A stretch of DNA of 64,000 nt from Tricharina praecox (Eukaryota), in contig NW_026250420.1 of NCBI RefSeq assembly GCF_024521635.1, positions 496,001-560,000 of the forward strand, read 5' to 3'. Shown here one piece after another: positions 61,850 through 64,000 of the stretch. Under the pieces are notes generated by a model. It worked only from the letters and a program-made list of their open reading frames with translations. It was not told the DNA's origin and ran no database searches. Made by a program: the position numbers and the translations under genes. Every line of letters starts with the position of its first letter. The stretch's first letter is position 1.

Positions 61850-63564
61850 GGTTGCTTGTTTGGCGATGTTGGCGATGCGAATGAGCAGAGAACCAAAGCT
61901 TCGGCAAACAGGTATTTTCCAGTCTTTATGTAGGGCGTGGATGAATGTGGCCCTGGCGTTGTTTGCGTTCAAGGGACAGATGCGATAGGAGCTTGGGCGA
62001 GGGACATCTGGCGAATCGCCGGGATGTTCCGCCAATTCTCATGCGCCACAGTTGGAGCCTGTGCCACAAATTCACGCACGGAGATGGCGTGTGAAGTCGT
62101 ACGACCACTAGTACCGCAGTAACTACAATAACAAGAACATAATAGTAATAACACCAAGGAGGACCGAGGGCTGCGGATTGAGGGGAAAGACCGACGCGTA
62201 GCTGGATCGACACGAAGGTTCGGGCTTCGGGGACCTTGGGCTGATGGATTCCTTTCCGAGGTGACGAAGTGGCTCGCTAAAAAGTATGCAATGAAATCTT
62301 CCTCTGCAACGAAAAGCAAATCTCCCGGCTCCCAGAATGACAAGGCTCCCAGATGGCGATTTGCTAGGATGACTTTGTCGGGAGCAATGCTACCATGTTC
62401 AGCCTCGTAGTCGATGGTTCCTAGCGAAGACTTCGATTATGACAGCCATTACGCAATACTTATACCCCTCATACAATCTTCATGGCTCGGGCAGTCACGG
62501 TTGATCGATGACTTTAGTACAAGGGCGTATGAATCATCCTTACGTTGCCTCTTGAAGGGCAGGCCGGATACCTGCCCGGAGAAATCGAGATAGCTGGGCT
62601 TCTGCTAATTGTGTTGTGGTTTAACCACAAGTTCCACGGAACATGCACCCATAATTCCAGTCTTTACCACTCGATATATGCAAAGGAATGGTGGGATTTG
62701 ACATGCTCGCTGTTGTGTAAGCATAGCTGCAGAAGAACTTGATAAGTACATACACACGGAAGAAGACGACCATTGAGGGGTTTGCTCATTACCTGCCTGG
62801 TACAGTGGCGCCTACTAGATGACTGAAAAGGTGACCGGACATGTCGCAAACCCCCTAAGTTGCGGAGTGCAGCTCTGTGTCCAGCTAGCAAAACCTCTGT
62901 AAACGCGATAGGCGCATTTCTCCTCGCTTAGTCATCTGTGATGTGGGGGAATAAAACCCGCAGAGCGGCTCCCCTTTTTCCGCCTTTCGGTAACTTCGGA
63001 AGCTGACCAGATTCTTCCTAGAGTACTGCTCGATCCCAGCAGGCATATGCACGCACAGCAGAGAGGGCGTCTCGATTGAATTTATCTGATTGCTCAACCT
63101 CTCATAACTCACCTCTTCTTGACTGCGCAATCCCCACACCACTTGATGGACTATTCATTGGGCACACCCGAGTCATCCTCCGTCTCCTCATCGCCGCTGT
63201 CCGCCGCTGCTACTCCGAGTTCCCGCCGTGGTTCACCTTTCCGATAACAACGACGCCAGCTCTACTGTGCCGCGGCTTGTTGACTCCACACGACGCCTCC
63301 CCTTTCCAAGTTCTTCCACGCCCGACCCACCATTCTACGCACGTAGGCCGGTTTACCTTTAACCGGCTCTTACTTGACGCTATCAACCGCGAAGCGACAT
63401 CTCGGGCTTCTGGTGGCCTTCTCGAATCCAACTTCTCCACACACCACCATCACCACTACCACCATCACTACCACCACCACCACACTCCTCGGTTCTTTTA
63501 GAACGTAAACATCGAAGTGCCGGCATAATTCGAACGCGAAAGGCGGCGTTCTGAGCGCGCGCAG

Positions 63565-64000
63565 ATGACTGAGATGGAGCTTTCACGATCTGAATACCCT
63601 GCCATTGTGGTCCGTTGATCTCACTCACTCCTTGCCCCTCCTGTATTCGATGGTGTCGCCTAGGTAAAATGGTGTTGACTGACAGTTGCGAACCGTCTCA
63701 TAGGCATCGGTACCAGCTTCTCCGGCTGTTAAAATCCTTCGCGACAGACTTCACAAGGGACAAACATTGAATACCGAGATCGCAGAATGGCTACAGGTAT
63801 TCACAGACGCCGCGCGGCCGCCCTAGTTGTGTATCCAGCTCGGAACGAAGCTCACGTTTGGAATCTACACAGGAAAGACGACGAGTCGAAGATGCTTATG
63901 CGCAGTCCCTCTCCAAACTGGCCAAGAGGCCACTCCCCGGCGACGGGTCGGATTTGGGAGTCTTCTCGGGGCCATGGGTGCGCATCATCGAGTCTACAGC
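63565..64000 (+). CDS. SYP1: Syp1/muniscin F-BAR endocytic adaptor, 5' part (runs off the window)
   Basis: Spliced translation MTEMELSRSEYPAIV|ASVPASPAVKILRDRL...EIAEWLQ|ERRRVEDAYAQSLSKLAKRP...DLGVFSGPWVRIIEST matches the fungal Syp1 F-BAR N-terminus. Absent from the ORF track. Confidence 0.8.

Overview
This is eukaryotic (fungal) genomic DNA: genes carry short GT-AG introns with CTRAY branch sites. Gene content points to a filamentous ascomycete (Pezizomycotina, possibly Pezizomycetes; inference only). I can support 21 protein-coding genes, mostly conserved housekeeping genes: Mo25/HymA, a cytosolic 5'-nucleotidase-family protein, MED4, RRP46, a TFIIIC 90-kDa-type subunit, an RGG protein with an MPLKIP-like motif, KXD1, FAF1, RPS29, APC13, a PTH11-like 7TM protein, acyl-CoA thioesterase II, a VWA/low-complexity protein, a class III chitin synthase, RAT1/XRN2, MAD1, RPA190, PRP3, a Csk1/Cak1-like kinase and the 5' end of SYP1. 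RPS29, APC13 and SYP1 are invisible in the ORF track because their exons are short. A ~520 bp non-autonomous hAT-like MITE with TIRs and a target-site duplication lies at 22.7-23.2 kb, with related remnants at ~35 kb. I found no rRNA, tRNA or CRISPR feature and no clear-cut novel multi-gene system. The best leads are a KIX-like domain fused to the CAK-type kinase, the fungal MPLKIP/TTDN1-like RGG protein, the MITE family and a putatively myristoylated prion-like VWA protein. Exon boundaries were read by eye and family assignments come from remembered motifs, not database searches.
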